From contig OX597817.1 of assembly GCA_951406725.2 (NCBI GenBank), positions 138,570,001 through 138,634,000 on the forward strand: a stretch of DNA of 64,000 nucleotides, in the 5' to 3' direction. Position 1 is the first letter of the stretch, and each line of letters opens with the position of its first letter. Under the pieces are notes generated by a model that saw nothing but the letters and a program-made list of their open reading frames with translations, did not search any database and was not told the origin of the DNA. Origin of the DNA: Octopus vulgaris. Its lineage: Eukaryota. Made by a program: the position numbers and the translations under genes. Below are positions 13,498-26,292 of this stretch, in pieces.

Positions 13498-13650
13498 AAC
13501 AAAAGACGAAGACAGGTGTATGAACAACAAGCAAATGCATTAGTTTGTCGCTCGGGAAAATGAAAAACGTCTTTTACGTTTCGAGCCTACGCTCTTCAAC
13601 GGAAAGGAATAAGAGAAAATAAACAGATAGAGAATGAAAAAAAAACTTGT
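13492..13650 (-). mobile_element. Hammerhead-like repeat, GAGC-N4-GCTC family, copy 1
   Basis: Minus strand CTTT-CCGTTGA-AGAGC GTAG GCTC-GAAACGTA-AAAG (13571-13606). Flanks are homologous to the 30.4 and 48.6 kb copies. Confidence 0.65.
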
Positions 13651-14109
13651 AGATTTCATCGGTGCATGGAACCTTATTATCCTTCATGCGTATTGAAGAT
13701 AATAGAGTTCCAAAGTAGTAGTTCTATGGTGAGCTATTCACTGTGCACGCGCGCGCGCGCACGCACACACACACACACATACACACACACACAGAGGCAA
13801 ACAGTGAAATTGCCTTTAGAAGTTACAATGTCAAAGCCATATTTGAGCTAAGCTAAAGTTTGTTCATTTACCATCGCTGTTTCATGCTACAGCTTATGTA
13901 TTCGTTCAGGTAGGGCGGCCTAAGAACGCAAATCATTCACTAGTATTATAAAGCTTTCTCTCAGCTGAGGGTTATCTGTCTTTGTGTTGATTGATTGATT
14001 GATTCTAGTTTCAGCTCACGAGCTGTGGCCATGCTGGGGCAAAGAAAGCATAACGACATAGAAATGTATTTAAGGTGGTGTGTGGGTGGGGGTGGGGTGG
14101 GCAAGAGAG

Positions 14110-14660
14110 GGTTCCATTGAGCAGACAGTCTTGTATCTACACCTTTTACCATAAGTGAGAGTTTCTCTCTACTTCCGGCACCCATTACAGACGATTCTAA
14201 TCTGCTGCGATCTATGTTTGCGCTTTTATACGCCAAGAGCCTATATGAGATATTCTTCAAAGGCCTCTTGTGCTTCCTGTTCTTGTTCTAACAAAACATT
14301 CACGTTAAGTTTGAAGAGGACAGAAGATCGATTGGTTACGATGCAAAGGGTCATGGTAAGATCCATGTTAAGTATAACATTGCGAGAACACATTCGAAAC
14401 GACAAAATTCGAGAACGGAGCGGAGTGAACGATGTGATCGCAGAATATCGAAAGCACGAGTTCCGCTGGGCCGGACGTGCCGCAAGATACACACGTACAA
14501 CAAGTGGGCACGTATAATTGCCGAGTGGTAGCCAAGAGATCTGAAAAATCCACCTGGAAGGCCTCCATAGCGATGGGGGTTAAGATGGAAAAGAATGACG
14601 CAATCAAGACAGAATTGAAAGCGCATTGTGACCAGCGGTGTATAACAACATCTAATGATC
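14110..14660 (+). mobile_element. RTE-clade LINE 3' fragment
   Basis: EDRLVTMQRVMVRSMLSITLREHIRNDKIRERSGVNDVI...FRWAGRAAR...GRPP*RW matches RTE C-terminal motifs. Confidence 0.8.
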
Positions 14661-14672
14661 TAGTAGATACTG

Positions 14673-14708
<36 letters not shown>

Positions 14709-14713
<5 letters not shown>

Positions 14714-15873
14714 TTTTCACGGAGCCTTGTTACTGGCTAGGGAGTCAATAGCCTTGGTGAGCTCTGCTATAGATTGGCAGACTGTCAAGTTCGCACATGA
14801 CTGGCAAGATCTTGACACCCTCGATTGCAGCCTCAGCTACCGTGGTCTCCCGTGAGTAGAGATCCTGGTAGTACTCCACCCATCTATCCATTTGCTTGCT
14901 TTGGTTCTTGATGAGATCTCCAGAATTTGATTTCAGAGGGACTAACTTGGTTGCGGATGGACCGAGGGCCTTCTTCAAACCGGCATACATCTCACGGGTA
15001 TCGCCACTGTCAGCAGCTGACTGGATACTCTGACAGATTTCCTACCAATACCCATTTGCACAGCGTCTTTATCTATCTTGGCTCTACTGTCACCTACAAC
15101 CCATCCCTTGATGCCGAGCTCAATATGCGCATTGGCAAGGCAGCTGCTGTGATAGCCCAACTCTCCAAACGGGCATGGGACAACAATAAGCTGACCAATA
15201 CCACAAAAATGAAGATTTACCAGGCATGTGTACTTAGCACTATACGGTATGGAAGTGAGACTTGGACGCCATACGTCGCCTAAATATCTTTCACCTGCGC
15301 TGCCTCCGGAAAATCCTTCGCATCAAATGGCAGAATCATGTCCCCAACAAAGATGTCCTCAAGCAAGCAAGAATACCAAGTATGTTTGCACTCCTCACAC
15401 AAGGACGCATGAGATGGCTTCGACATGTTAGCCCTATGGAAGATGGTAGAATCCCCAAGGACATACTCAACGGAGAGCTTGTTAGGGGCACTAGGTCTGT
15501 GGGAAGACCGTTCTTATGATACAAGGATGTTTGCAAAAGGGTTATAAATACCTGCAACATCAATATTACCAACTGGGAAGCAGTTGCCAGGAGCCGTGGA
15601 GATTGGCGACGTACCGTAAAAGATGGAACACAAAGGAGTGACAGAGGGAGAGAGGAGAAATGGATAGACAAGAAAAGACGTCAACAAGAAAGTATGACAT
15701 TACAACCAGCCAGGCAAAGTCTTTGCTACATTTGCGGCACCTGCCAGAGGGAGTGTTTGTCGAGGATAGGACTACACAGCCACAGCAGGAGATGTATTAG
15801 GACATGAAATGTAAAAGCCGGACTAGATTATTTTATGCACAACTCCATTGTCTCCCGAGACAAAAAGGATGCC

Positions 15874-15876
<3 letters not shown>
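14709..15876 (+). mobile_element. RTE (BovB-like) LINE, 5'-truncated with inverted 5' segment
   Basis: Plus strand from about 15060: FIYLGS...LDAELNMRIGKA...YGSETWT...RWLRHV...CGTCQRECLSRIGLHSHSRRC. Minus strand 14709-15060: ICQSIQSAADSGDTREMYAGLKKALGP...RWVEYY. Confidence 0.9.
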
Positions 15877-15908
<32 letters not shown>

Positions 15909-16061
15909 TATAGATATAGATATTTAAATTTAATTAGAGTATGAGTTAACCTCATGAAGGGATGGTTTCATCCAAGGAAATACTGGTTAATACCTAACAT
16001 TTGGGGGGAACGAGTTTCCTTAAAATAATAGGTATATGGATTATTATAAGTATATTCATTT

Positions 16062-16240
16062 AGAAGAAGAAGAAAATGGAAATTGGGAAGTTAATAATTG
16101 TTCATTATTAGCAGCAAATTGGTCATCTTTACTTACAACCGTTTCTACTCATTGAGTATTAATAGAAACGGCTGTAAGTGAGGATGGCCAATTTGTTGTT
16201 AATAATGAACAATTATTAGCTTCTTTTTCTTCTTCTTTTA
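16062..16240. repeat. Fold-back palindrome with a hammerhead 3' half at its apex
   Basis: Arms of about 75 bp. GAAACGG(C/T)TGTAAG lies next to the apex on both strands. Confidence 0.7.
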
Positions 16241-16261
16241 AATGTATATATATATATATAT

Positions 16262-17150
16262 AAAGGAATTTTACCACTATGTGGAAACCCTTATGCTAGA
16301 AGAAGATCCGCTATGGTCTTAACCACTAAGAATTGTTCTCTAGAAAATTTAGCAAATACCAGAAACGTAAGCGAGCAAGACAAATGAAAAGTAACAAAAA
16401 TAAAGATTAATCATAAACACATGTTTCACTATCAACAAATTACGTAATTTTAATGCATAATTTATCTGTAGATCTTTAGTATGATCGTCTATACAAATAT
16501 AATTTGCAGAACTACACGCCACACATCAACACGAGGTCGAAAATGCATGCAGTTCTACCTATTACAGTTGTGGTTATTTTTCAAAAGTCTTCGTTTTGGC
16601 GCGCTAAATTACCGGAAATAATACTGCATAAAATAATTCACTGCAGTAGCTTTTGCCGGTTTGAGAACGTATTAATTTAAAATTAAAATTTAAATGAGGG
16701 TGAAAAATTGGATATTAATTTGATAACATCAATTTTAACACCAGTGGTCTAGCAGATAAAAAAACTGAGATTCAGTAAATAGTATTACATATATAAATAT
16801 ATATATATATATGTAAGGAAAATTACATATTTATGTAAGTAAAATTACGTAATTTTTTGATAGTGAAAAGTGTTTATGATTAATCTATATTTTTGTTACT
16901 TTTCATTTTTCTTGCTCGCTTACGTTTCTGGTGTTTGCTAAATTTTCTAGAGAACAATTCTTAGTGGTTAAGACTATAGCAGATCTTCTTCTAGCATAAG
17001 GGTTTCCACATAGTGGTAAAATAATTTCCACTTATATTTATATATGAAATACTATTTACTGAATCTCAGTTTTTTTATATGCTAGACCACTGGTGTTAAA
17101 ATTGATGTTATCAAATTAATATCCAATTTTTCACCCTCATTTTAATTTTA
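16262..17150. mobile_element. Inverted, permuted pair of a hammerhead-bearing element (monomer about 540 bp)
   Basis: 16262-16450 is inverted relative to 16840-17025, and 16680-16800 relative to 17033-17150. Minus-strand fold GATCATA-CTAAAGA...GAAAC-ATGT-GTT-TATGATT at 16409-16486. Confidence 0.8.
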
Positions 17151-17366
17151 TATATATATGTATATATATATATATTTCCTGAGCGCCATACTAATACAAT
17201 TGTTCGTTTGTTTTCCACCTGCCTTCGTCTTTTGTTTATTTTCATAAAGCTTCCCGTTATATATATATATATATATTGGTAAAAACGGTAAGATAACAAA
17301 AGAAGGAAATATGTAAATAGAAGAAATTCATCTATAAAATAATATGTTACATTTACTCAATAGTCA

Positions 17367-17429
17367 AGATAAAACTCTGAGTTTCAGATACCGAAGTGGA
17401 AATCCACAACACCATCTCTTCGGTTATCT
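17367..17429 (-). ncRNA. Type I hammerhead-like motif, core variant CCGAAGA
   Basis: AGATAA-CCGAAGA-GATGG...TATCT-GAAAC-TCAGA-GTT-TTATCT with a perfect 6-bp stem I. Confidence 0.65.
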
Positions 17430-18250
17430 GGCCATCTGAAAAAAGGCTATGAAAAAATACCGTTATACAAAGGGAAATTACTGTATTATAATTCTGCTCG
17501 CGAATCCACGTGCGTACTTATACGTCACTATGAAAACGTGCACATCTTCACTCGCATTTTTCGCCGAATTTATACGCATATATATACAACTCATACACAC
17601 ACACATGCGTACCGTAAAAGTTCATACATACGTCTATATACGCACAAGCACAAGAAAAACCATGGTTAAAGGTAACAGAAAAAAACATAAGGAAGTATAT
17701 ATATATATACAGCTGTAACTTAGTTTCATGCAGTGTAGTCACGATTATCCAAACAATCTTTCAGGCTCAACTATGAGTACATGCCGGTCTTCTTGAAAAG
17801 CCGCGAAGAACGACGAGAGAAAGAATAAAAAAAAATGTAGAATGAAACAAAAGATTAAAAAAATTAAGTTTCGTCCCTTTGTTCGAATCAGAATTAATGT
17901 GGTCGGTGTAAATAAATTCATCGGGGAGATAACTTTTATTCTTATAGCTATTTCTACTATAAGATGCATTGCACACAGAGCTGTGCTCATGCAATATCTC
18001 ATAGCTTACTCAGAGCTATTTCAATGAAGTCTGAAAGCAGAAACACCTGCAAGCTAATGAAAAGGATTATGTAACTGCTGTTCTTTTGTTATTCATTAAT
18101 CGATATTCTGCTCGATATTCCCCTGATCGTTTACTCTAAAGCGTGAATACATTGAGTTCTAGCAACTGGTTATTACTATCACTGTGACTGAGATTAATCT
18201 CTCTCTTTCTCACACTCACACACACACGTAAACACTCACATATATACATA

Positions 18251-18319
<69 letters not shown>

Positions 18320-18346
18320 TTATATGTATCTATATATACATACACA

Positions 18347-18416
<70 letters not shown>

Positions 18417-19060
18417 TATACATGTATATGTATATATATATAGAGAGAGAGAGACAGAGAGAGAGTGAGAGGTAGATAGATAGATAGATAGATAGAATCA
18501 TTCATTTGTTGCATCTTTCGCTCTGGGACGCAATCTTATCCTTTGTCTTCTTAGGCTCACCTACAATGCAGCCAAGCAAGGGTTGATAAACGCAAGGGCA
18601 TATCAATCAACCAGGAGAACACACAGCATTTCAGGGGTGCCAAATGCAGCTCCGAGATCTCCTGCTAAGTTAATCAAAGACAAAAAGTATTGACACACCT
18701 TCTGCAGCAGAAGGGAAAACGGAAGGTACTCTTCGCGAGTCAGAAACTGTATAGGAAAGTCTTGAGAAGGAAAACTGTTTTGTGGTTCCCAACAGGGGTT
18801 AACCAGCGGCATTGAAGTGTAAGCAAAGAAAGTCGTTAGCAGGTGTTAAGTAACGGATCACATCGTCCAAACTACGCACTATTGCATGAGGTTACATCAT
18901 CTCCCCTCACACAGATTTCTGCCCCCACCTTTTAGATGAACGCAGCAACAAACAAATATTACAATGCATGTACATGTGAACATGATTAACGCTTTACTAT
19001 ACTAAACCCTGATTTGTCGTTCACGACAAGACAATTCATCGTATACATAATACATAATAC

Positions 19061-19109
<49 letters not shown>

Positions 19110-19110
<1 letters not shown>

Positions 19111-19274
19111 GCGTAGGGGTGGCTGTGTGGTAAGTAGCTTGCTTACCAACCACTTGGTTCCGGGTTCAGTCCCACTGCGTGGCACCTTGGGCAAGTGTAT
19201 ACTGTTATAGCCTCGGGCCGACCAAAGCCTTGTGAGTGGATTTGGTAGACGGAAACTGAAAGAAGCCCGTCGTA

Positions 19275-19324
<50 letters not shown>

Positions 19325-19344
19325 TATGTATATATATATATGTA

Positions 19345-19412
<68 letters not shown>

Positions 19413-19625
19413 TGTGTGCGTTTGTGTGTCTGTGTTTGTCCCCTAGCATTGCTTGACAACCGATGCTGGTGTGTCTATGTCCCCGTTAGCGGTTCGGCAA
19501 AAGAGACCGATAGAATAAGTACTGGGCTTACAAAAGAATAAGTCCCGGGGTCGAGTTGCTCGATTAAAGGCGGTGCTCCAGCATGGCCGCAGTCAAATGA
19601 CTGAAACAAGTAAAAGAGTAAAAGA

Positions 19626-19627
<2 letters not shown>
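19110..19627 (+). mobile_element. SINE family B, full length
   Basis: TGGCTGTGTGGTAAG A-box, GGTTCAGTCCC B-box, expanded internal (TA)n and canonical tail. Confidence 0.9.
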
Positions 19628-19675
<48 letters not shown>

Positions 19676-19864
19676 ATATTAGGGAATAAATCCAAATTTA
19701 CAGGGAAAAATTAGATTTAGGATTAAATCCAATTTTATAGTATAAATATATTATATTATATTATATTGAGTTAGAGATAAAACTACTATTAGGCAAATCA
19801 AACAGTGAAAAACATAAGCCAATACGTAAAATTAATTTTAAAATATAAAAGTTAAAATTAAAAA

Positions 19865-19931
<67 letters not shown>

Positions 19932-19939
<8 letters not shown>

Positions 19940-20400
19940 TAAGGGTAGAAATTGATATCAATCAATTAAAAACCACTGGCCTAGCATATTTTAAAAAATC
20001 TGAAGATTAAAATTTTTTATATACAAAATTTAGAGGATTGACCACTAAAAGCGGACAGCCTGTATGCTAGATGTAGACGTCAAAATCGCCATTTTCTACG
20101 TAGAATGTGTTCTCAAGAAAAAATTCAGCAAAAAACCAAAGCGTAAAAATAAGCAAGGCAAATGAAAATATACGAAATAAAAAACGATTACTATGTACTA
20201 ATTAGTTTCACTTCGTAATAATTTACATATATGAATACGTAAACATCTGCAAGATCATCAACATAGTCTATCGTTTACGAAACAAAATTTCCAGAACTAG
20301 ATACAGCGTGCTCGACCGAAATCTAGCACTGTATTAAGTTCCACAAATTATATGTATGTGTATCTTTCAAATGCCTTCACTTTAGCGCGCTGAGATCGGA
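19932..20400 (-). mobile_element. Hammerhead-bearing element, diverged relative of the 16.3 kb family
   Basis: ACTATG-TTGATGA...GAAA-CTAATTAG-TA-CATAGT at 20190-20267. Flanking blocks resemble 16270-16400 and 16690-16790. Confidence 0.75.
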
Positions 20401-21159
20401 AATTACTCAGCTGGTGTGTTTACGTCTCCGTAACTTAGCGCTCTGCAAAAGAGACTGATAGAATAAGTACTAGACTTACAAAGAATAATGATTGTGTATA
20501 TGTGTGCCATATGATTATGTATATGTGTGTGTATGGACGTATATATTTTATATGCATATGTTGTGTATGTCAACTCTTGGAGCTGGCTTGCAGTTGTAGA
20601 ACCATCCAAAATTGCCCACTTAAAAGCATCCCGCTTCCTAAATTTGTCATGCATTGACCAAGTATACTTATCACTCGCCGATGGTACTGAACGGAGTTAC
20701 ACATGACAAACGGAGAATATCTTAAAGACCAGCTTTGGTCAGCACTTACATTAGATTACGTTCAGAGACTGAATTAATTGCGAATCTCTTTTACAACATG
20801 TCACGAAATGAAAGAACTAGGCAATAAAAAAATGCTTTCTTTGCCATAGTGTGGAGTATTAGGGATAAAGCATACGCCGTACTCAAATGCATCTATTTCA
20901 AACGTTCCATACATTGACAGAACCACACAGATCATTGAAGTCTCAGATATTATCATTTTGCTGTTAGAAGACAACATTTTTATCACACACACACATTAAT
21001 GTCTGTTTTTATATCAAGCTATATAAAAATATGATTTAACATTAAATTGAAAGATTATTCAATATTTTATAATAAAGGAAAATGTTGGTAGTGACTTCAG
21101 TGACTCGGCTTCCTCCTCTTCGTCTTTTTATGTTTTTGTTTTTGGTTTTTCACACACAC

Positions 21160-21234
<75 letters not shown>

Positions 21235-22387
21235 GTGTGCATTACGTAGTCGGTTGATTCAGCTGAAAATATGCACACCTATGTTAAAAGTGCTGGCAAG
21301 TTTGCATGACAACTATTTTTTTCCTCAAATGAAAGGCGTCACCTCTAGGACAAAATTCCTCATCTTATAAAATGTGGCCCCAGTAGACCCGAATGAAATC
21401 GGGTTATATTAACCAAAATGTGAAAAGGGGTCTAAATGGGGCTGGAAGGGGATTAAAATTTCAAGGAGCGGGTGTTTAGGAATTCTCTGTTACATCAAGC
21501 TAAAAAATTTGCGCCAGCCTTTTAATCGTCAGTGTGTTGCCGTCCATGATAAAGAAGTTTTGAATGCTTGCCATGGTGAGTCTACTGTCGCGAGAAAGAA
21601 TCACTTCAAAACTTGGTGTTTACGAATTTTCTTTTACATCAAGTTCAAAATTTTACGCCAGCCGTTAAACTGTCAATATGTTGTTGTCCGTCGTTAAGAA
21701 ATGCCAGCCATGGTGACTCTACTATCCTCAGATTCTATCCCTTCAAACTTTGGTTTCTAATATTTTATTATTTTTATTCAGCTCGCAAGTTCGTCTGTCC
21801 CTTTTAAATGTTAGCGTTTTGCTGTCTGCCTTGAAGCAGACCTTTCCGTTGCCACTGCCTGATATTTATGATTGATCTTTCTAAATATTTTATTTCTCAA
21901 CTTACTCAAGATCTTCTGTTGTTTATAAATGGGAAAGAGATAGATAAAGATAGAGAGTAAGAGAAAGCGAGGGAGAGTCCGAGAGAAAAGAAAAGTAAGA
22001 GAGTGGGAAAGTGAGAGAGAAAGGAGAGAGAAAACGTCCGTTTTCCGTGCTAGCACGGGTTGGACAGTGTGACCGGGGTCTGGGAAGCCAGGAGGCTGCA
22101 CCAGGCTCCAGTCTGATCTGGCAGTGTTTCTACAGGTGGATGACCTTCCTAACGCCAACCACTCTGTGAGTGTAGTGGGTGCTTTTTTCGTGCCGCCGGC
22201 ACAGGTGCCAGGGGGCTCGCAGCGGCAACGATCGGTTGGTGCTTTTTACGAGCCACCGGCACAGAAGCAAGTCAAGGCGGCGCTGCAATCGGCCACGTTC
22301 GGATGGTGCTTTTTACGTGCTGAAAGGAAGCAACAGAAAGTAACAACCACACTCTTACCCGCGCGTAGAGCGGGTCACCTTCAGCTA

Positions 22388-22388
<1 letters not shown>
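21235..22388 (+). mobile_element. Probable non-autonomous Helitron with internal tandem repeats of about 145 bp
   Basis: 3' hairpin ACCCGC..GCGGGT then CTAG|T at 22357-22389. TTACATCAAG...GCCATGGTGA units at about 21490 and 21634. The 5' boundary is uncertain. Confidence 0.55.
22033..22320 (-). mobile_element. Retroposon fragment nested in the Helitron-like element
   Basis: Minus strand GGTTGGCGTTAGGAAGGTCATCCACCTGTAGAAAC...GGAAAACGGACGTT, a motif common in RTE-associated short elements. Confidence 0.55.
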
Positions 22389-22486
<98 letters not shown>

Positions 22487-22489
22487 TAT

Positions 22490-22648
22490 ACACGACGGGC
22501 TTCTTTCAGTTTCCGTCTATCAAATTCACTCACAAGGCTCTGGTCGGCCCGGTAGAAGACACTTACCCAAGGTGTTACGCAGTGGGACTGAACCCAGAAC
22601 CACGCGGTTGGTAAGCAAGCTACTTACCACACAGCACTCCTGCGCCTA
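22490..22648 (-). mobile_element. SINE family B, 5' half
   Basis: Reverse complement of GGCGCAGGAGTG..GGTTCAGTCCCACTGCG..GGAAACTGAAAGAAGCCCGTCG. Confidence 0.88.
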
Positions 22649-22857
22649 TTGTTGATATAATTATTCGAATTAGTCTGTCATTGATGGTCCTTGGAATATC
22701 CGATAGGCTTCTGCACTGTTTCCGCTGAAGGTCGACCTATGTTAAATAAGATTCGGCCAAGACGCCAGGCAGTTGGACCCGGAAATTCATTATCAAGCGA
22801 ACTTCTGAAATACACACACACACACACACGCAAAGATATTATTTTATAATTTATACA

Positions 22858-22912
22858 CTAGTGATAGTAGCTGTAGTAATAGTAGTTGCAGTAATAATAA
22901 TAGTAGTATTAA

Positions 22913-22953
<41 letters not shown>

Positions 22954-23035
22954 ATGGTAGCAGTAGTAGCAGTAGTAGTAGTAGTAGTAGCAGCAGCAGA
23001 AGCAGTAGTAGTAGTAGTAACACTAGTATTAGTGT

Positions 23036-23068
<33 letters not shown>

Positions 23069-23318
23069 CAGTAGCAGTAGTAGTAGTAGTAGCAGTAGCA
23101 GTAGTAGTAGTAGTAGTAGTAGCAGTAGTAGTAGCAGTGGTAGTAGTAGCAGTAGTAGTAGTAGTAGTAGTAACAGCAGTAGTAGTAGTAGTAACAGCAG
23201 CAGCAGTAGTAGCAGTAGCAGTAGTAGTAGCAGTGGTAGTAGTAGCAGTAGTAGTAGTAGTAACAGCAGCAGTAGTAGTAGTAGTAGCAGTAGCAGTAGT
23301 AGCAGTAGCAGTTGTAGC

Positions 23319-23358
<40 letters not shown>

Positions 23359-23384
23359 ACAGTAGTAGTAGTAGCAGCAGCAGC

Positions 23385-23415
<31 letters not shown>

Positions 23416-23495
23416 ACAGCCGTAGTAGTAGTAGTAGTAACAGCAGCAGCAGTAGTAGTAGTAGCAGTAGCAGTAGTAGCAGTAGCAGTTGTAGC

Positions 23496-23536
<41 letters not shown>

Positions 23537-23572
23537 CAGTAGTAGTAGTAGCAGTAGTAGTAGTAGTAGTAA

Positions 23573-23608
<36 letters not shown>

Positions 23609-23759
23609 TAGTAGTAGTTGTAGTAGTAGTAGTAGTAGTAGTAGTAACAGTAGTAGTAGTAGTAGTAGTAGTAGTAACAGCCGTAGTAGTAGTAGTAGTA
23701 GTAACAGCAGCAGCAGTAGTAGTAGTAGCAGTAGCAGTAGTAGCAGTAGCAGTTGTAGC

Positions 23760-23800
<41 letters not shown>

Positions 23801-23842
23801 CAGTAGTAGTAGTAGTAGCAGTAGTAGTAGTAGTAGTAGTAA

Positions 23843-23908
<66 letters not shown>

Positions 23909-23915
23909 CAGCATC

Positions 23916-23952
<37 letters not shown>
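22858..23952. repeat. 1.1 kb (GTA/GCA)n trinucleotide array with higher-order structure
   Basis: Visible directly. The rare variants ACAGCC and GCAGTT recur about 260 bp apart. Confidence 0.95.
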
Positions 23953-24505
23953 ATGATAACTTTTAAAATGTCTATTTCTCGCAACGTGTACAAGTGTTGT
24001 CTTGTTCCTCAGCTGCATTTGATGCTCTTTACAGGCACCAATTTTTTTGTTGTTGTTGTCGCCGTCGTCGTCGTCGTCGTCGTCGTCGTTGTTGTTGTTG
24101 TTCTTCTTCTTCTTTTTCTTCTTCTTCTTCTTCTTCCTCTTCCCCCATCTCCTCCTTCCCATCTTTCTTCCTTATAACATGTCTTGCGTTACCTCTATCA
24201 AAACATATTTCTAATGATATCGTTGTTATCGTTGTTGTTGTGGTTGTTGTTCCTACATAATCATCATCATCCTCATCCTCCTCCTCATCATCATCATCAC
24301 CACCTGCTCCTTGCCTTCCTCTCCTCCTCACCCTCTCCCTCTCTCTCGTCACCATCATCGTCATTATAAATGTGACAGCAACGTTTTGTGTCTAACTGTG
24401 AGGGCACGTGTTCGCTCACAGCCTGCCTCACCACCGCCACCACCACCACCTTACATACATACATACATACATACATACACACACGCACACACACACACAC
24501 ATGTA

Positions 24506-24536
<31 letters not shown>

Positions 24537-24856
24537 CGTGCACGTGACGGGCGTACGAGGTCATTCCACGAACCTTCTCCCAATTCCCCACACCTTGTCT
24601 AGACGCTCATGTTCCGTAATTGTGTGCGCCTGTGTGTGTGTTTGCATGTGTGTGTGTGTGTGCGCCTGTGTGTGCGTGTGTGTGTATGTGCGTAGAAGGC
24701 TGCTTTATTTAACGGTGTTCATCGAGACGGACCCCTCACTAAGAATCCGACAAACTCCTCTCCTATCAAGTTTCAGGCTTTGACGGATGAGAGGCACGAC
24801 TTGAAAATATCCCTTAACACTTTCCATACTCAGATCATATTGCATATTCTATTTTA

Positions 24857-24901
<45 letters not shown>

Positions 24902-25042
24902 GCTTGTGTGTACGTACATACATACGCACACATTTTACATCTATGGATATCTTTGTATCTCTCTCTCTCTCTCCTACACACACACACATAAATATATATA
25001 ACACTTATCCGCGTTGCGAGAAATAGACATTTAAAATATATC

Positions 25043-25043
<1 letters not shown>

Positions 25044-25073
<30 letters not shown>

Positions 25074-25452
25074 CTTCTTCTTCTTCTTCTTCTTCTTCTT
25101 CCTCCTCCTCCTCCTCCTCTTCTTCTTCTTCTTCTTTCTTCTTCTTCTTCTTCCTCCTCCTCCTCTTCTTCTTCTTCTTCTTCTTCTTCTTCCTCCTCCT
25201 CCTCCTCTTCTTCTTCTTCTTCTTCTTCTTCTTCTTCTTCTCTTCCTCCTCCTCCTCCTCCTCTTCTTCTTTTTCTTCTTCTTCTTCTTCTTCTTCTTCT
25301 TCTTTATCTCCCCCCTCCTCCCCTCCTCTTCTTCTTTTTCTTCTTTTTCTTCTTTCTTCTTCTTTTTCTTCTTTATCCCCCCTCCTCCTCTTCTTCTTCT
25401 TCTTTTTCTTCTTCTTCTTTATCTCCCCCTCCTCCCCCTCCTCCTCCTCCTC
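25044..25452. repeat. Polypyrimidine (TTC/TCC)n tract
   Basis: About 400 bp of almost pure C/T on the plus strand. Confidence 0.95.
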
Positions 25453-26292
25453 ATTATCATCATCGCTATAAGCAACAGCAGCAGTCGCTCCAACAACGAA
25501 GCGAGACATGTAATGTCAAAGAGCAAAACAAACACAAAAGCCGAAACAAATAAATAAATAAATAAATACATAAATAAATGACGTCCTCTCCCACCGTGCC
25601 GACCCCCAACTCACCCACTATTGCCTGTCAGCGATGTTAACGGATAATTTAATGACATTCTAATTGGCTTTGAATAATTAGTGAAGTCGTATTGAAAGTT
25701 GATGAAATTCCGTGTTCTAATGACACCGGTTTTAATGAAGCCATGGGTTGTGACAAGGGCAGGAGGAAATCGGCTGGGGTTAACAGGGTCGGGGGTTCGA
25801 AGTGAGAAGTCGTCGACTTATGAACAATTAATTTTAAAAATAATTTTTGACAATTAATTTAACGTTTTAATTTATATGCCCGTCATCGACGTGACATAAT
25901 ATCGGTGTGGCGGTGGGTAGAACAACAGAAGACAAAATTGTGTATATAAGAATTTTAAGGCATCTTTACACACACACACACACACATACACACACACACA
26001 CACACATATTCATAGATACATGCACACATACAAGCTTATGTACATGAATACATACATGCACATATTTACAGACATACATATATATATACATACACACACA
26101 AACACATTTATACATACATGCACGCACGTACATGTATACATACATACACACCTGCAAACGTACGTATGTACGTACGTAACTACGTACCTACACACATACA
26201 TGCATACATATATTCATGCATACACACATGCATATATACATACACAACCATGCATGCATGCATACATACATACATACATACATACATACACA

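Noticed and set aside
20640-21000. Possible integrase or transposase remnant (GIKHTPYSNA)
   Set aside because: A single short motif without supporting context.
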